Shown here in pieces: positions 28,320 through 44,499 of a DNA stretch of 64,000 bases (its first letter is position 1; every line of letters begins with the position of its first letter). Position numbers and translations under genes: made by a program. The notes below the pieces were generated by a model. That model was not told the DNA's origin. It did not search any database and saw only the letters and a list, made by a program, of their open reading frames with translations. The stretch comes from Paragordius varius (lineage: Eukaryota; Animalia; Nematomorpha), in contig OZ176053.1 in assembly GCA_964247055.1 (NCBI GenBank), forward strand, positions 13,392,001 through 13,456,000, in the 5' to 3' direction.

Positions 28320-30088
28320 AATATAGAGATAGTTTGAACTCTTTCATATCCGATTTTTACAACGATACTTTTAAAATTAATGTATAAAACTAATCGCATC
28401 AATACTCAAGTTAAACTTTGTCCTTAAAAATCGGATATTGGTCTCCGGTGAACAAAATTATTTTTTATACATTCTCTTATTAAGACTACATCAAAATATA
28501 GAGATAGTTTGACAAACTCTTTCATATCCGATTTTTACAACGATACTTTAAAAATTAATGTATAAAACTAATCGCATCAATACTCAAGTTAAACTTTGTC
28601 CTTAAAAATCGGATATTGGTCACCGGTGAACAAAATTATTTTTTATACATTCTCTTAGTAAGACTACATGAAAATATAGAGATAGTTTGACAAACTCTTT
28701 AATATCCGATTTTTACAACGATACTTGAAAAAATTAATGTATAAAACTAGTCGTATCAATACTCAAGTTAAACTTTGTCCTTAAAAATCGGATATTGGTC
28801 ACCGGTGAACAAAATTATTTTTTATATATTCTCTTATTAAGACTACATCAAAATATAGAGATAGTTTAACAAACTCTTTAATATCTAATTTTTAGAGCGA
28901 TACTTTAAAAATTTATGTATAATTTAGCATACGACAATAAGCAAGTTAAACTTTGTCCTTAAAAATCGGATATTAGTCGCCGGTAAAGAAAATAATTTTA
29001 TATACATTCTCTTAGTAGTACTACATCAAAATATAGAGATAGTTTGACAAACTCTTTAATATCTGATTTTTGGAGCGATACTTTAAAAATTAATGTATAA
29101 AACTAATCGCATCAATACTCAAGTTAAACTTTGTCCTTAAAAATCGGATATTGGTCTCGAACAAAATTATTTTTTATACATTCTCTTATTAAGATTACAT
29201 CAAAATATAGAGATAGTTTGAACTCTTTCATATCCGATTTTTACAACGATACTTTTAAAATTAATGTATAAAACTAATCGCATCAATACTCAAGTTAAAC
29301 TTTGTCCTTAAAAATCGGATATTGGTCTCCGGTGAACAAAATTATTTTTTATACATTCTCTTATTAAGACTACATCAAAATATAGAGATAGTTTGACAAA
29401 CTCTTTCATATCCGATTTTTACAACGATACTTTAAAAATTAATGTATAAAACTAATCGCATCAATACTCAAGTTAAACTTTGTCCTTAAAAATCGGATAT
29501 TGGTCACCGGTGAACAAAATTATTTTTTATACATTCTCTTAGTAAGACTACATGAAAATATAGAGATAGTTTGACAAACTCTTTAATATCCGATTTTTAC
29601 AACGATACTTGAAAAAATTAATGTATAAAACTAGTCGTATCAATACTCAAGTTAAACTTTGTCCTTAAAAATCGGATATTGGTCACCGGTGAACAAAATT
29701 ATTTTTTATATATTCTCTTATTAAGACTACATCAAAATATAGAGATAGTTTAACAAACTCTTTAATATCTAATTTTTAGAGCGATACTTTAAAAATTTAT
29801 GTATAATTTAGCATACGACAATAAGCAAGTTAAACTTTGTCCTTAAAAATCGGATATTAGTCGCCGGTAAAGAAAATAATTTTATATACATTCTCTTAGT
29901 AGTACTACATCAAAATATAGAGATAGTTTGACAAACTCTTTAATATCTGATTTTTGGAGCGATACTTTAAAAATTAATGTATAAAACTAATCGCATCAAT
30001 ACTCAAGTTAAACTTTGTCCTTAAAAATCGGATATTGGTCTCGAACAAAATTATTTTTTATACATTCTCTTATTAAGACTACATCAAA
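28320..30088 (+). repeat. 5-monomer tandem duplication, period 884 bp
   Basis: gtttgaact at 28332 and 29216; atacttgaaa at 28721 and 29605. Confidence 0.9.
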
Positions 30089-31129
30089 ATATAGAGATAG
30101 TTGGACAAACTCTTTCATATCCGATTTTTACAACGATACTTAAACTAGTCGCATCAATACTCAAGTTAAATGTCAAAAATCGGATATTGGTCACCGGTGA
30201 ACAAAACTATTTTTTACAAATTCTTTTAGTAAGACTACATCAAAATATAGAGATAGTTTGACAAACTCTTTAATATCTGATTTTTACAACGATACTTTAA
30301 AAATTAATGTATAATTTAGCATACGACAATAATCAAGTTAAACTTTGTCCTTAAAAATCGGATATTGGTGACCGGTGAACGAAACTATTTTCTATACATT
30401 CTCTTAGAAGGACTACATTAAAATATAGAGATAGTTTGACAAACTCTTTCATATCCGATTTTTACAACGATACTTTAAAAATTAATGTATAAAACTAGTC
30501 GCATCAATACTCAAGTTAAACTTTGTCCTTAACAATCAGATATTGGTCACCGGTGAACAAAACTATTTTTTATACATTCTTTTAGTAACACTACATCAAA
30601 ATATAGAAATAGTTTGACTAACTCTTTCATATCCGATTTTTACAACGATACTTTGAAAATTAATGTATAAAACTAATCGCATCAATACTCAAGTTAAACT
30701 TTGTCCTTAAAAATCGGATATTGGTCTCGAACAAAATTATTTTTTATACATTCTCTTATTAAGACTACATCAAAATATAGAGATAGTTGGACAAACTCTT
30801 TCATATCCGATTTTTACAACGATACTTTAAAAATTAATGTATGAAACTAGTCGCATCAATACTCAAGTTAAACTTTGTCAAAAATCGGATATTGGTCACC
30901 GGTGAACAAAACTATTTTTTATACATTCTCTTAGTAAGACTACATCAAAATATAGAGATAGTTTGACAAACTCTTTCATATCCGATTTTTACAACGATAC
31001 TTTTAAAATTAATGTATAAAACTAATCGCATCAATACTCAAGTTAAACTTTGTCCTTAAAAATCGGATATTGGTCACCGGTGAACAAAATTATTTTTTAT
31101 ACATTCTCTTAGTAAGACTACATGAAAAT

Positions 31130-34100
31130 ATAGAGATAGTTTGACAAACTCTTTCATATCCGATTTTTACAACGATACTTTTAAAATTAATGTATAAAAC
31201 TAATCGCATCAATACTCAAGTTAAAATTCGTCCTTAAAAATCGGATATTGGTCTCCGGTGAACAAAATTATTTTTTATACATTCTCTTATTTAGGCTACA
31301 TCAAAATATAGAGATAGTTTGACAAACTCTTTCATATCCGATTTTTACAACGATACTTTAAAAATTAATGTATAATATTAGTCGCATCAATACTCAAGCT
31401 AAACTTTGTCCTTAAAAATAAGATATTGGTCACCGGTGAACAAAACTATTTTTTATACATTCTCTTAGTAAGACTACATCAAAATATAGAGATAGTTTGA
31501 CATCTTTCATATCCGATTTTTACAACGATACTTTTAAAATTAATGTATAAAACTAATCACATCAATACTCAAGTTAAACTTTGTCCTTAAAAATCGGATA
31601 TTGGTCACCGGTGAATAAAATTATTTTTTATACAATCTCTTAGTGAGACTACATGAAAATATAGAGATAGTTTGACAAACTCTTTAATATCTGATTTTTA
31701 GAGCGATACTTTAAAAATTAATGTATAATTTAGCATACGACAATAAGCAAGTTAAACTTTATCCTTAAAAATCGGATATTAGTCGCCGGTAAAGAAAATA
31801 ATTTTTTATACATTCTCTTAGGAGTACTACATCAAAATATAGAGATAGTTTGACAAACTCTTTAATATCTGATTTTTAGAGCGATACTTTAAAAATTAAT
31901 GTATAATTTAGCATACGACAATAAGCAAGTTAAATTTTGTCCTTAAAAATCGGATATTGGTCTCCGGTGAACAAAATTATTTTTTATACATTCTCTTATT
32001 AAGACTACATAGTTAAACAAACTCCTTCATATCCGATTTTTACAACGATACTTTAAAAATTAATGTATAAAACTAGTCGCATCAATACTCAAGTTAAACT
32101 TTGTCAAAAATCGGATATTGGTCACCGGTGAACAAAACTATTTTTTATACATTATCTTAGTAAGACTACATCAAAATATAGAGATAGTTTGACAAACTCT
32201 TTCATATCCGATTTTTACAACGATACATTTAAAATTAATGTATAAAACTAATCGCATCAATACTCAAGTTAAACTTTGTCCTTAAAAATCGGATATTGGT
32301 CACCGGTGAACAAAATTATTTTTTATACATTCTCTTAGTAAGACTACATGAAAATATAGAGATAGTTTGACAAACTCTTTCATATCCGATTTTTACAACG
32401 ATACTTTAAAAATTAATGTATAAAACTAGTCGTATCAATACTCAAGTTAAACTTTGTTAAAAATTGGATATTGGTCACCGGTGAACAAAACTATTTTTTA
32501 TACATTCTATTAGTAAGACTACATCAAAATATAGAGATAGTTTGACAAACTCTTTCATATCCGATTTTTACAACGATACTTTTAAAATTAATGTATAAAA
32601 CTAATCGCATCAATACGCAAGTTAAACTTTGTCCTTAAAAATCGGATATTGGTCACCGGTGAACAAAATTATTTTTTATACATTTTCTTAGTAAGACTAC
32701 ATGAAAATATAGAGATAGTTTGACAAACTCTTTCATATCCGATTTTTACAACGATACTTTTAAAATTAATGTATAAAACTAATCGCATCAATACTCAAGT
32801 TAAAATTTGTCCTTAAAAATCGGATATTGGTCTCCGGTGAACAAAATTATTTTTTATACATTCTCTTATTTAGGCTACATCAAAATATAGAGATAGTTTG
32901 ACAAACTCTTTCATATCCGATTTTTACAACGATACTTTAAAAATTAATGTATAATATTAGTCGCATCAATACTCAAGCTAAACTTTGTCCTTAAAAATAA
33001 GATATTGGTCACCGGTGAACAAAACTATTTTTTATACATTCTCTTAGTAAGACTACATCAAAATATAGAGATAGTTTGACATCTTTCATATCCGATTTTT
33101 ACAACGATACTTTTAAAATTAATGTATAAAACTAATCACATCAATACTTAAGTTAAACTTTGTCCTTAAAAATCGGATATTGGTCACCGGTGAACAAAAT
33201 TATTTTTTATACAATCTCTTAGTGAGACTACATGAAAATATAGAGATAGTTTGACAAACTCTTTAATATCTGATTTTTAGAGCGATACTTTAAAAATTAA
33301 TGTATAATTTAGCATACGACAATAAGCAAGTTAAACTTTATCCTTAAAAATCGGATATTAGTCGCCGGTAAAGAAAATAATATTTTATACATTCTCTTAG
33401 GAGTACTACATCAAAATATAGAGATAGTTTGACAAACTCTTTAATATCTGATTTTTAGAGCGATACTTTAAAAATTAATGTATAATTTAGCATACGACAA
33501 TAAGCAAGTTAAACTTTGTCCTTAAAAATCGGATATTGGTCTCCGGTGAACAAAATTATTTTTTATACATTCTCTTATTAAGACTACATAGTTAAACAAA
33601 CTCCTTCATATCCGATTTTTACAACGATACTTTAAAAATTAATGTATAAAACTAGTCGCATCAATACTCAAGTTAAACTTTGTCAAAAATCGGATATTGG
33701 TCACCGGTGAACAAAACTATTTTTTATACATTATCTTAGTAAGACTACATCAAAATATAGAGATAGTTTGACAAACTCTTTCATATCCGATTTTTACAAC
33801 GATACTTTTAAAATTAATGTATAAAACTAATCGCATCAATACTCAAGTTAAACTTTGTCCTTAAAAATCGGATATTGGTCACCGGTGAACAAAATTATTT
33901 TTTATACATTCTCTTATTAAGACTACATCAAAATATAGAGATAGTTTGACAAACTCTTTAATATCTGATTTTTAGAGCGATACTTTAAAAATTAATGTAT
34001 AATTTAGCATACGACAATAAGCAAGTTAAACTTCCTTTAAAATCGGATATTAGTCGCCGGTAAAGAAAATAATTTTTTATACATTCTCTTAGTAGTACTA

Positions 34101-37100
34101 CATCAAAATATAGAGATAGTTTGACAAACTCTTTAATATCTGATTTTTAGAGCGATACTTTAAAAATTAATGTATAATTTAGCATACGACAATAAGCAAG
34201 TTAAACTCTGTCCTTAAAAATCGGATATTGGTCTCCGATGAACAAACCTATTTTTTATACATTCTCTTAGTAAGACTACATCAAAATATAGAGATAGTTT
34301 GACAAACTCTTTCATATCCGATTTTTACAACGATACTTTTAAAATTAATGTATAAAACTAATCGCATCAATACTCAAGTTAAACTTTGTCCTTAAAAATC
34401 GGATATTGGACACCGGTGAACAAAATTATTTTTATACATTCTCTTAGTAAGACTACATGAAAATATAGAGATAGTTTGACAAACTCTTTCATATCCGATT
34501 TTTACAACGATACTTTAAAAATTAATGTATAAAACTAGTCGTATCAATACTCAAGTTAAACTTTGTCCTTAAAAATCGGATATTGGTCACCAGTACACAA
34601 AATTATTTTTTATACATTCTCTTATTAAGACTACATCAAAATATAGAGATAGTTTGACAAACTCTTTAATATCTGATTTTTAGAGCGATACTTTAAAAAT
34701 TAATGTATAAAACTAATCGCATCAATACTCAAGTTAAACTTTGTCCTTAAAAATCGGATATTGGTCTCGAACAAAATTATTTTTTATACATTCTCTTATT
34801 AAGACTACATCAAAATATAGAGATAGTTGGACAAACTCTTTCATATCCGATTTTTACAACGATACTTAAACTAGTCGCATCAATACTCAAGTTAAATGTC
34901 AAAAATCGGATATTGGTCACCGGTGAACAAAACTATTTTTTACAAATTCTTTTAGTAAGACTACATCAAAATATAGAGATAGTTTGACAAACTCTTTAAT
35001 ATCTGATTTTTACAACGATACTTTAAAAATTAATGTATAATTTAGCATACGACAATAATCAAGTTAAACTTTGTCCTTAAAAATCGGATATTGGTGACCG
35101 GTGAACGAAACTATTTTCTATACATTCTCTTAGAAGGACTACATTAAAATATAGAGATAGTTTGACAAACTCTTTCATATCCGATTTTTACAACGATACT
35201 TTAAAAATTAATGTATAAAACTAGTCGCATCAATACTCAAGTTAAACTTTGTCCTTAAAAATCGGATATTGGTCTCGAACAAAATTATTTTTTATACATT
35301 CTCTTATTAAGACTACATCAAAATATAGAGATAGTTGGACAAACTCTTTCATATCCGATTTTTACAACGATACTTTAAAAATTAATGTATAAAACTAGTC
35401 GCATCAATACTCAAGTTAAACTTTGTCAAAAATCGGATATTGGTCACCGGTGAACAAAACTATTTTTTATACATTCTCTTAGTAAGACTACATCAAAATA
35501 TAGAGATAGTTTGACAAACTCTTTCATATCCGATTTTTACAACGATACTTTAAAAATTAATGTATTAAACTAGTCGTATCAATACTCAAGTTAAACTTTG
35601 TCGTTAAAAATCGGATATTGGTCACCGGTGAACAAAATTATTTTTTATACATTCTCTTATTAAGACTACATCAAAATATCGAGATAGTTTGACAAACTCT
35701 TTAATATCTGATTTTTAGAGCGATACTTAAAAAATTAATGTATAATTTAGCATACGACAATAAGCAAGTTAAACTTCCTTAAAAATCGGATATTAGTCGC
35801 CGGTAAATAAAATAATTTTTTATAGATTCTCTTAGTAGTACTACATCAAAATATAGAGATAGTTTGACAAACTCTTTAATATCTGATTTTTAGAGCGATA
35901 CTTTAAAAATTAATGTATAATTTAGCATACGACAATAAGCAAGTTAAACTTTGTCCTTAAAAATCGGATATTGGTCTCCGATGAACAAACCTATTTTTTA
36001 TACATTCTCTTAGTAAGACTACATCAAAATATAGAGATAGTTTGACAAACTCTTTCATATCCGATTTTTACAACGATACTTTTAAAATTAATGTATAAAA
36101 CTAATCGCATCAATACTCAAGTTAAACTTTGTCCTTAAAAATCGGATATTGGACACCGGTGAACAAAATTATTTTTATACATTTTCTTAGTAAGACTGCA
36201 TGAAAATATAGAGATAGTTTGACAAACTCTTTCATATCCGATTTTTACAACGATACTTTTAAAATTAATGTATAAAACTAATCGCATCAATACTCAAGTT
36301 AAAATTTGTCCTTAAAAATCGGATATTGGTCTCCGGTGAACAAAATTATTTTTTATACATTCTCTTATTTAGGCTACATCAAAATATAGAGATAGTTTGA
36401 CAAACTCTTTCATATCCGATTTTTACAACGATACTTTAAAAATTAATGTATAATATTAGTCGCATCAATACTCAAGCTAAACTTTGTCCTTAAAAATAAG
36501 ATATTGGTCACCGGTGAACAAAACTATTTTTTATACATTCTCTTAGTAAGACTACATCAAAATATAGAGATAGTTTGACATCTTTCATATCCGATTTTTA
36601 CAACGATACTTTTAAAATTAATGTATAAAACTAATCACATCAATACTCAAGTTAAACTTTGTCCTTAAAAATCGGATATTGGTCACCGGTGAACAAAATT
36701 ATTTTTTATACAATCTCTTAGTGAGACTACATGAAAATATAGAGATAGTTTGACAAACTCTTTAATATCTGATTTTTAGAGCGATACTTTAAAAATTAAT
36801 GTATAATTTAGCATACGACAATAAGCAAGTTAAACTTTATCCTTAAAAATCAGATATTAGTCGCCGGTAAAGAAAATAATTTTTTATACATTCTCTTAGG
36901 AGTACTACATCAAAATATAGAGATAGTTTGACAAACTCTTTAATTTCTGATTTTTAGAGCGATACTTTAAAAATTAATGTATAATTTAGCATACGACAAT
37001 AAGCAAGTTAAACTTTGTCCTTAAAAATCGGATATTGGTCTCCGGTGAACAAAATTATTTTTTATACATTCTCTTATTAAGACTACATAGTTAAACAAAC

Positions 37101-37800
37101 TCCTTCATATCCGATTTTTACAACGATACTTTAAAAATTAATGTATAAAACTAGTCGCATCAATACTCAAGTTAAACTTTGTCAAAAATCGGATATTGGT
37201 CACCGGTGAACAAAACTATTTTTTATACATTATCTTAGTAAGACTACATCAAAATATAGAGATAGTTTGACAAACTCTTTCATATCCGATTTTTACAACG
37301 ATACTTTTAAAATTAATGTATAAAACTAATCGCATCAATACTCAAGTTAAACTTTGTCCTTAAAAATCGGATATTGGTCACCGGTGAACAAAATTATTTT
37401 TTATACATTCTCTTAGTAAGACTACATGAAAATATAGAGATAGTTTGACAAACTCTTTCATATCCGATTTTTACAACGATACTTTAAAAATTAATGTATA
37501 AAACTAGTCGTATCAATACTCAAGTTAAACTTTGTTAAAAATTGGATATTGGTCACCGGTGAACAAAACTATTTTTTATACATTCTCTTAGTAAGACTAC
37601 ATCAAAATATAGAGATAGTTTGACAAACTCTTTCATATCCGATTTTTACAACGATACTTTTAAAATTAATGTATAAAACTAATCGCATCAATACTCAAGT
37701 TAAACTTTGTCCTTAAATATCGGATAATGGTCACCGGTGAACAAAATTATTTTTATACATTCTCTTAGTAAGACTACATGAAAATATAGAGATAGTTTGA
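31130..37800 (+). repeat. 9-monomer higher-order unit in three copies (~31130, ~32710, ~36230)
   Basis: ttaggct at 31291, 32870 and 36369, each followed in order by aaaataagat, gacatct, caatctc..gtgagac, ttatcc and the 14-bp deletion gactacatagtt. Confidence 0.88.
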
Positions 37801-40500
37801 CAAACTCTTTCATATCCGATTTTTACAACGATACTTTTAAAATTAATGTATAAAACTAATCGCTTCAACACTCAAGTTAAACTTTGTCCTTAAAAATCGG
37901 ATATTGGTCACCGGTGAACAAAATTATTTTTTATACATTCTCTTATTAAGACTACATCAAAATATAGAGATAGTTGACAAACTCTTTAATATCTGATTTT
38001 TAGAGCGATACTTTAAAAATTAATGTATAATTTAGCATACGACAATAAGCAAGTTAAACTTCCTTAAAAATCGGATATTAGTCGCCGGTAAAGAAAATAA
38101 TTTTTTATACATTCTCTTAGTAGTACTACATCAAAATATAGAGATAGTTTGACAAACTCTTTAATATCTGATTTTTAGAGCGATACTTTAAAAATTAATG
38201 TATAATTTAGCATACGACAATAAGCAAGTTAAACTCTGTCCTTAAAAATCGGATATTGGACTCCGATGAACAAACCTATTTTTTATACATTCTCTTAGTA
38301 AGACTACATCAAAATATAGAGATAGTTTGACAAACTCTTTCATATCCGATTTTTACAACGATACTTTTAAAATTAATGTATAAAACTAATCGCATCAATA
38401 CTCAAGTTAAACTTTGTCCTTAAATATCGGATAATGGTCACCGGTGAACAAAATTATTTTTATACATTCTCTTAGTAAGACTACATGAAAATATAGAGAT
38501 AGTTTGACAAACTCTTTCATATCCGATTTTTACAACGATACTTTTAAAATTAATGTATAAAACTAATCGCTTCAACACTCAAGTTAAACTTTGTCCTTAA
38601 AAATCGGATATTGGTCACCGGTGAACAAAATTATTTTTTATACATTCTCTTATTAAGACTACATCAAAATATAGAGATAGTTGACAAACTCTTTAATATC
38701 TGATTTTTAGAGGGATACTTTAAAAATTAATGTATAATTTAGCACACGACAATAGGCAAGTTAAACTTTGTCCTTAAAAATCGGATATTAGTCGCCGGTA
38801 AAGAAAATAATTTTTTATACATTCTCTTAGTAGTACTACATCAAAATATAGAGATAGTTTGACAAACTCTTTAATATCTGATTTTTAGAGCGATACTTTA
38901 AAAATTAATGTATAATTTAGCATACGACAATAAGCAAGTTAAACTTTGTCCTTAAAAATCGGATATTGGTCTCCGATGAACAAACCTATTTTTTATACAT
39001 TCTCTTAGTAAGACTACATCAAAATATAGAGATAGTTTGACAAACTCTTTCATATCCGATTTTTACAACGATACTTTTAAAATTAATGTATAAAACTAAT
39101 CGCATCAATACTCAAGTTAAACTTTGTCCTTAAAAATCGGATATTGGACACCGGTGAACAAAATTATTTTTATACATTCTCTTAGTAAGACTACATGAAA
39201 ATATAGAGATAGTTTGACAAACTCTTTCATATCCGATTTTTACAACGATACTTTAAAAATTAATGTATAAAACTAGTCGTATCAATACTCAAGTTAAACT
39301 TTGTCCTTAAAAATCGGATATTGGTCACCAGTGAACAAAATTATTTTTTATACATTCTCTTATTAAGACTACATCAAAATATAGAGATAGTTTGACAAAC
39401 TCTATAATATCTGATTTTTAGAGCGATACTTTAAAAATTAATGTATAATTTAGCATACGACAATAAGCAAGTTAAACTTCCTTAAAAATCGGATATTAGT
39501 CGCCGGTAAAGAAAATAATTTTTTATACATTCTCTTAGTAGTACTACATCAAAATATAGAGATAGTTTGACAAACTCTTTAATATCTGATTTTTAGAGCG
39601 ATACTTTAAAAATTATTGTATAATTTAGCATACGACAATAAGCAAGTTAAACTTTGTCCTTAAAAATCGGATATTGGTCTCCGATGAACAAACCTATTTT
39701 TTATACATTCTCTTAGTAAGACTACATCAAAATATAGAGATAGTTTGACAAACTCTTTCATATCCGATTTTTACAACGATACTTTTAAAATTAATGTATA
39801 AAACTAATCGCATCAATACTCAAGTTAAACTTTGTCCTTAAAAATCGGATATTGGACACCGGTGAACAAAATTATTTTTATACATTCTCTTAGTAAGACT
39901 ACATGAAAATATAGAGATAGTTTGACAAACTCTTTCATATCCGATTTTTACAACGATACTTTAAAAATTAATGTATAAAACTAGTCGTATCAATACTCAA
40001 GTTAAACTTTGTCCTTAAAAATCGGATATTGGTCACCAGTGAACAAAATTATTTTTTATACATTCTCTTATTAAGACTACATCAAAATATAGAGATAGTT
40101 TGACAAACTCTATAATATCTGATTTTTAGAGCGATACTTTAAAAATTAATGTATAATTTAGCATACGACAATAAGCAAGTTAAACTTCCTTAAAAATCGG
40201 ATATTAGTAGCCGGTAAAGAAAATAATTTTTTATACATTCTCTTAGTAGTACTACATCAAAATATAGAGATAGTTTGACAAACTCTTTAATATCTGATTT
40301 TTAGAGCGATACTTTAAAATTAATGTATAATTTAGCATACGACAATAAGCAAGTTAAACATTGTCCTTAAAAATCGGATATTGGTCTCCGTGAACAAAAC
40401 TATTTTTTATACATTCTCTTAGTAAGACTACATCAAAATATAGAGATAGTTTGACAAACTCTTTCATATCCGATTTTTACAACGATACTTTTAAAATTAA
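37680..40500 (+). repeat. 4-monomer higher-order repeat, period ~707 bp, about four copies
   Basis: ccttaaatatcggataatgg at 37711 and 38418; ggacaccgg at ~39146 and ~39855. Confidence 0.85.
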
Positions 40501-43500
40501 TGTATAAAACTAATCGCTTCAACACTCAAGTTAAACTTTGTCCTTAAAAATCGGATATTGGTCACCGGTGAACAAAATTATTTTTTATACATTCTCTTAG
40601 TAAGACTACATGAAAATATAGAGATAGTTTGACAAACTCTTTCATATCCGATTTTTACAACGATACTTTAAAAATTAATGTATAAAACTAGTCGTATCAA
40701 TACTCAAGTTAAACTTTGTCCTTAAAAATCGGATATTGGTCACCGGTGAACAAAATTATTTTTTATACATTCTCTTATTAAGACTACATCAAAATATAGA
40801 GATAGTTGACAAACTCTTTAATATCTGATTTTTAGAGCGATACTTTAAAAATTAATGTATAATTTAGCACACGACAATAGGCAAGTTAAACTTTGTCCTT
40901 AAAAATCGGATATTAGTCGCCGGTAAAGAAAATAATTTTTATACATTCTCTAAGTAGTACTACATCAAAATATAGAGATAGTTTGACAAACTCTTTAATA
41001 TCTGATTTTTAGAGCGATACTTTAAAAATTAATGTATAATTAGCATACGACAATAAGCAGGTTAAACTTTGTCCTTAAAAATCGAATATTGGTCTCCGGT
41101 GAACAAAAGTATTTTTTATACATTCTCTTAGTAAGACTACATCAAAATATAGAGATAGTTTGACAAACTCTTTCATATCCGATTTTTACAAAAATACTTT
41201 TAAAATTAATGTATAAAACTAATCGCATCAATACTCAAGTTAAACTTTGTCCTTAAAAATCGGATATTGGTCACCGGTGAACAAAATTATTTTTTATACA
41301 TTCTCTTAGTAAGACTACATCAAAATATAGAGATAGTTTGATAAACTCTTTCATATCCGATTTTTACAACGATACTCTAAAAATTAATGCATAAAACTAG
41401 TCGTATCAATACTCAAGTTAAACTTTGTCCTTAAAAAACGGATATTGGGGATCGGTGAACAAAATTATTTTTTATACATTCTCTTATTAAGACTACATCA
41501 AAATATAGAGATAATTTGACAAACTCTATAATATCTGATTTTTAGAGCGATACTTTAAAAATTAATGTATAATTTAGCATACGACAATAAGCAAGTTAAA
41601 CTTTGTCCTTAAAAATCGGATATTAGTCGCCGGTAAGAAAATATTTTTTATACATTCTCTTAGTAGTACTACATCAAAATATAGAAATAGTCTGACAAAC
41701 TCTTTAATATCTGATTTTTAGCGCGATACTTTAAAAATTAATGTATAATTTAGCATACGACAATAAGCAAGTTAAACTTTATCCTTAAAAATCGGATATT
41801 GGTCTCCGGTGAACAAAATTATTTTTATACATTCTCTTATTAAGACTACATCAAAATATAGAGATAGTTTGACAAACTCTTTCATATCCGATTTTTACAA
41901 CGATACTTTAAAAATTAATGTATAAAACTAGTCGCATCAATACTCAAGTTAAGTCCTTAAAAATCGGATATTGGTCACCGGTGAACAAAATTATTTTTTA
42001 TACATTCTCTTAGTAAGACTACATGAAAATATAGAGATAGTTTGACAAACTCTTTCATATCCGATTTTTACAACGATACTTTAAAAATTAATGTATAAAA
42101 CTAATCGCATCAATACTCAAGTTAAACTTTGTCCTTAAAAATCGGATATTGGACACAGGTGAACAAAATTATTTTTATACATTCTCTTAGTAAGACTACA
42201 TGAAAATATAGAGATAGTTTGACAAACTCTTTCATATCCGATTTTTACAACGATACTTTAAAAATTAATGTATAAAACTAGTCGTATCAATACTCAAGTT
42301 AAACTTTGTCCTTAAAAATGATATTGGTCACCAGTGAACAAAATTATTTTTTATACATTCTCTTAGTAAGACTACATCAAAATATAGAGATAGTCTGATA
42401 AACTCTTTCATATCCGATTTTTACAACGATACTTTAAAAATTAATGCATAAAACTAGTCGTATCAATACTCAAGTTAAACTTTGTCCTTAAAAAACGGAT
42501 ATTGGGGATCGGTGAACAAAATTATTTTTTATACATTCTCTTATTAAGACTACATCAAAATATAGAGATAGTTTGACAAACTCTTTAATATCTGATTTTT
42601 AGAGCGATACTTAAAAAATTAATGTGTAATTTAGCATACGACAATAAGCAAGTTAAACTTCCTTAAAAATCGGATATTAGTCGCCGGTAAAGAAAATAAT
42701 ATTTATACATTCTCTTTGTAGTACTACATCAAAATATAGAGATAGTTTGACAAACTCTTTAATATCTGATTTTTAGAGCGATACTTTAAAATTAATGTAT
42801 AATTTAGCATACGACAATAAGCAAGTTAAACATTGTCCTTAAAAATCGGATATTGGTCTCCGTGAACAAAACTATTTTTTATACATTCTCTTAGTAAGAC
42901 TACATCAAAATATAGAGATAGTTTGACAAACTCTTTCATATCCGATTTTTACAACGATACTTTTAAAATTAATGTATAAAACTAATCGCATCAATACTCA
43001 AGTTAAACTTTGTCCTTAAAAATCGGATATTGGTCACCGGTGAACAAAATTATTTTTTATACATTCTCTTAGTAAGACTACATGAAAATATAGAGATAGT
43101 TTGACAAACTCTTTCATATCCGATTTTTAGAGCGATACTTTAAAAATTAATGTATAATTTAGCATACGACAATAGGCAAGTTAAACTTTGTCCTTAAAAA
43201 TCGGATATTAGTCGCCGGTAAAGAAAATAATTTTTATACATTCTCTAAGTAGTACTACATCAAAATATAGAGATGTTTGACAAACTCTTTAATATCTGAT
43301 TTTAGAACGATACTTTAAAAATTAATGTATAATTAGCATACGACAATAAGCAGGTTAAACTTTGTCCTTAAAAATCGAATATTGGTCTCCGGTGAACAAA
43401 ATTATTTTTTATACATTCTCTTATTAAGACTACATCAAAATATTAAGATAGTTTGACAAACTCTTTCATATCCGATTTTTACAACGATACTTTAAAAATT

Positions 43501-44499
43501 AATGTATAAAACTAGTCGCATCAATACTCAAGTTAAACTTTGTCCTTAAAAATCGGATATTGGTCACCGGTGAACAAAATTATTTTTTATACATTCTCTT
43601 AGTAAGACTACATCAAAATATAGAGATAGTCTGATAAACTCTTTCATATCCGATTTTTACAACGATACTTTAAAAATTAATGCATAAAACTAGTCGTATC
43701 AATACTCAAGTTAAACTTTGTCCTTAAAAAACGGATATTGGGGATCGGTGAACAAAATTATTTTTTATACATTCTCTTATTAAGACTACATCAAAATATA
43801 GAGATAGTTTGACAAACTCTATAATATCTGATTTTTAGAGCGATACTTTAAAAATTAATGTATAATTTAGCATACGACAATAAGCAAGTTAAACTTTGTC
43901 CTTAAAAATCGGATATTAGTCGCCGGTAAGAAAATAATTTTTTATACATTCTCTTAGTAGTACTACATCAAAATATAGAGATAGTTTGACAAACTCTTTA
44001 ATATCTGATTTTTAGAGCGATACTTTAAAAATTAATGTATAATTTAGCATACGACAATAAGCAAGTTAAACTTTGTCCTTAAAAATCGGATATTGGTCTC
44101 CGGTGAACAAAATTATTTTTATACATTCTCTTATTAAGACTACATCAAAATATAGAGATAGTTTGACAAACTCTTTCATATCCGATTTTTACAACGATAC
44201 TTTAAAAATTAATGTATAAAACTAGTCGCATCAATACTCAAGTTAAGTCCTTAAAAATCGGATATTGGTCACCGGTGAACAAAACTATTTTTTATACATT
44301 CTCTTAGTAAGACTACATGAAAATATAGAGATAGTTTGACAAACTCTTTCATATCCGATTTTTACAACGATACTTTAAAAATTAATGTATAAAACTAGTT
44401 GCATCAATACTCAAGTTAAACTTTGTCAAAAATCGGATATTGGTCACCGGTGAACAAAACTATTTTTTATACATTCTTTTAGTAAGACTACATCAAAAT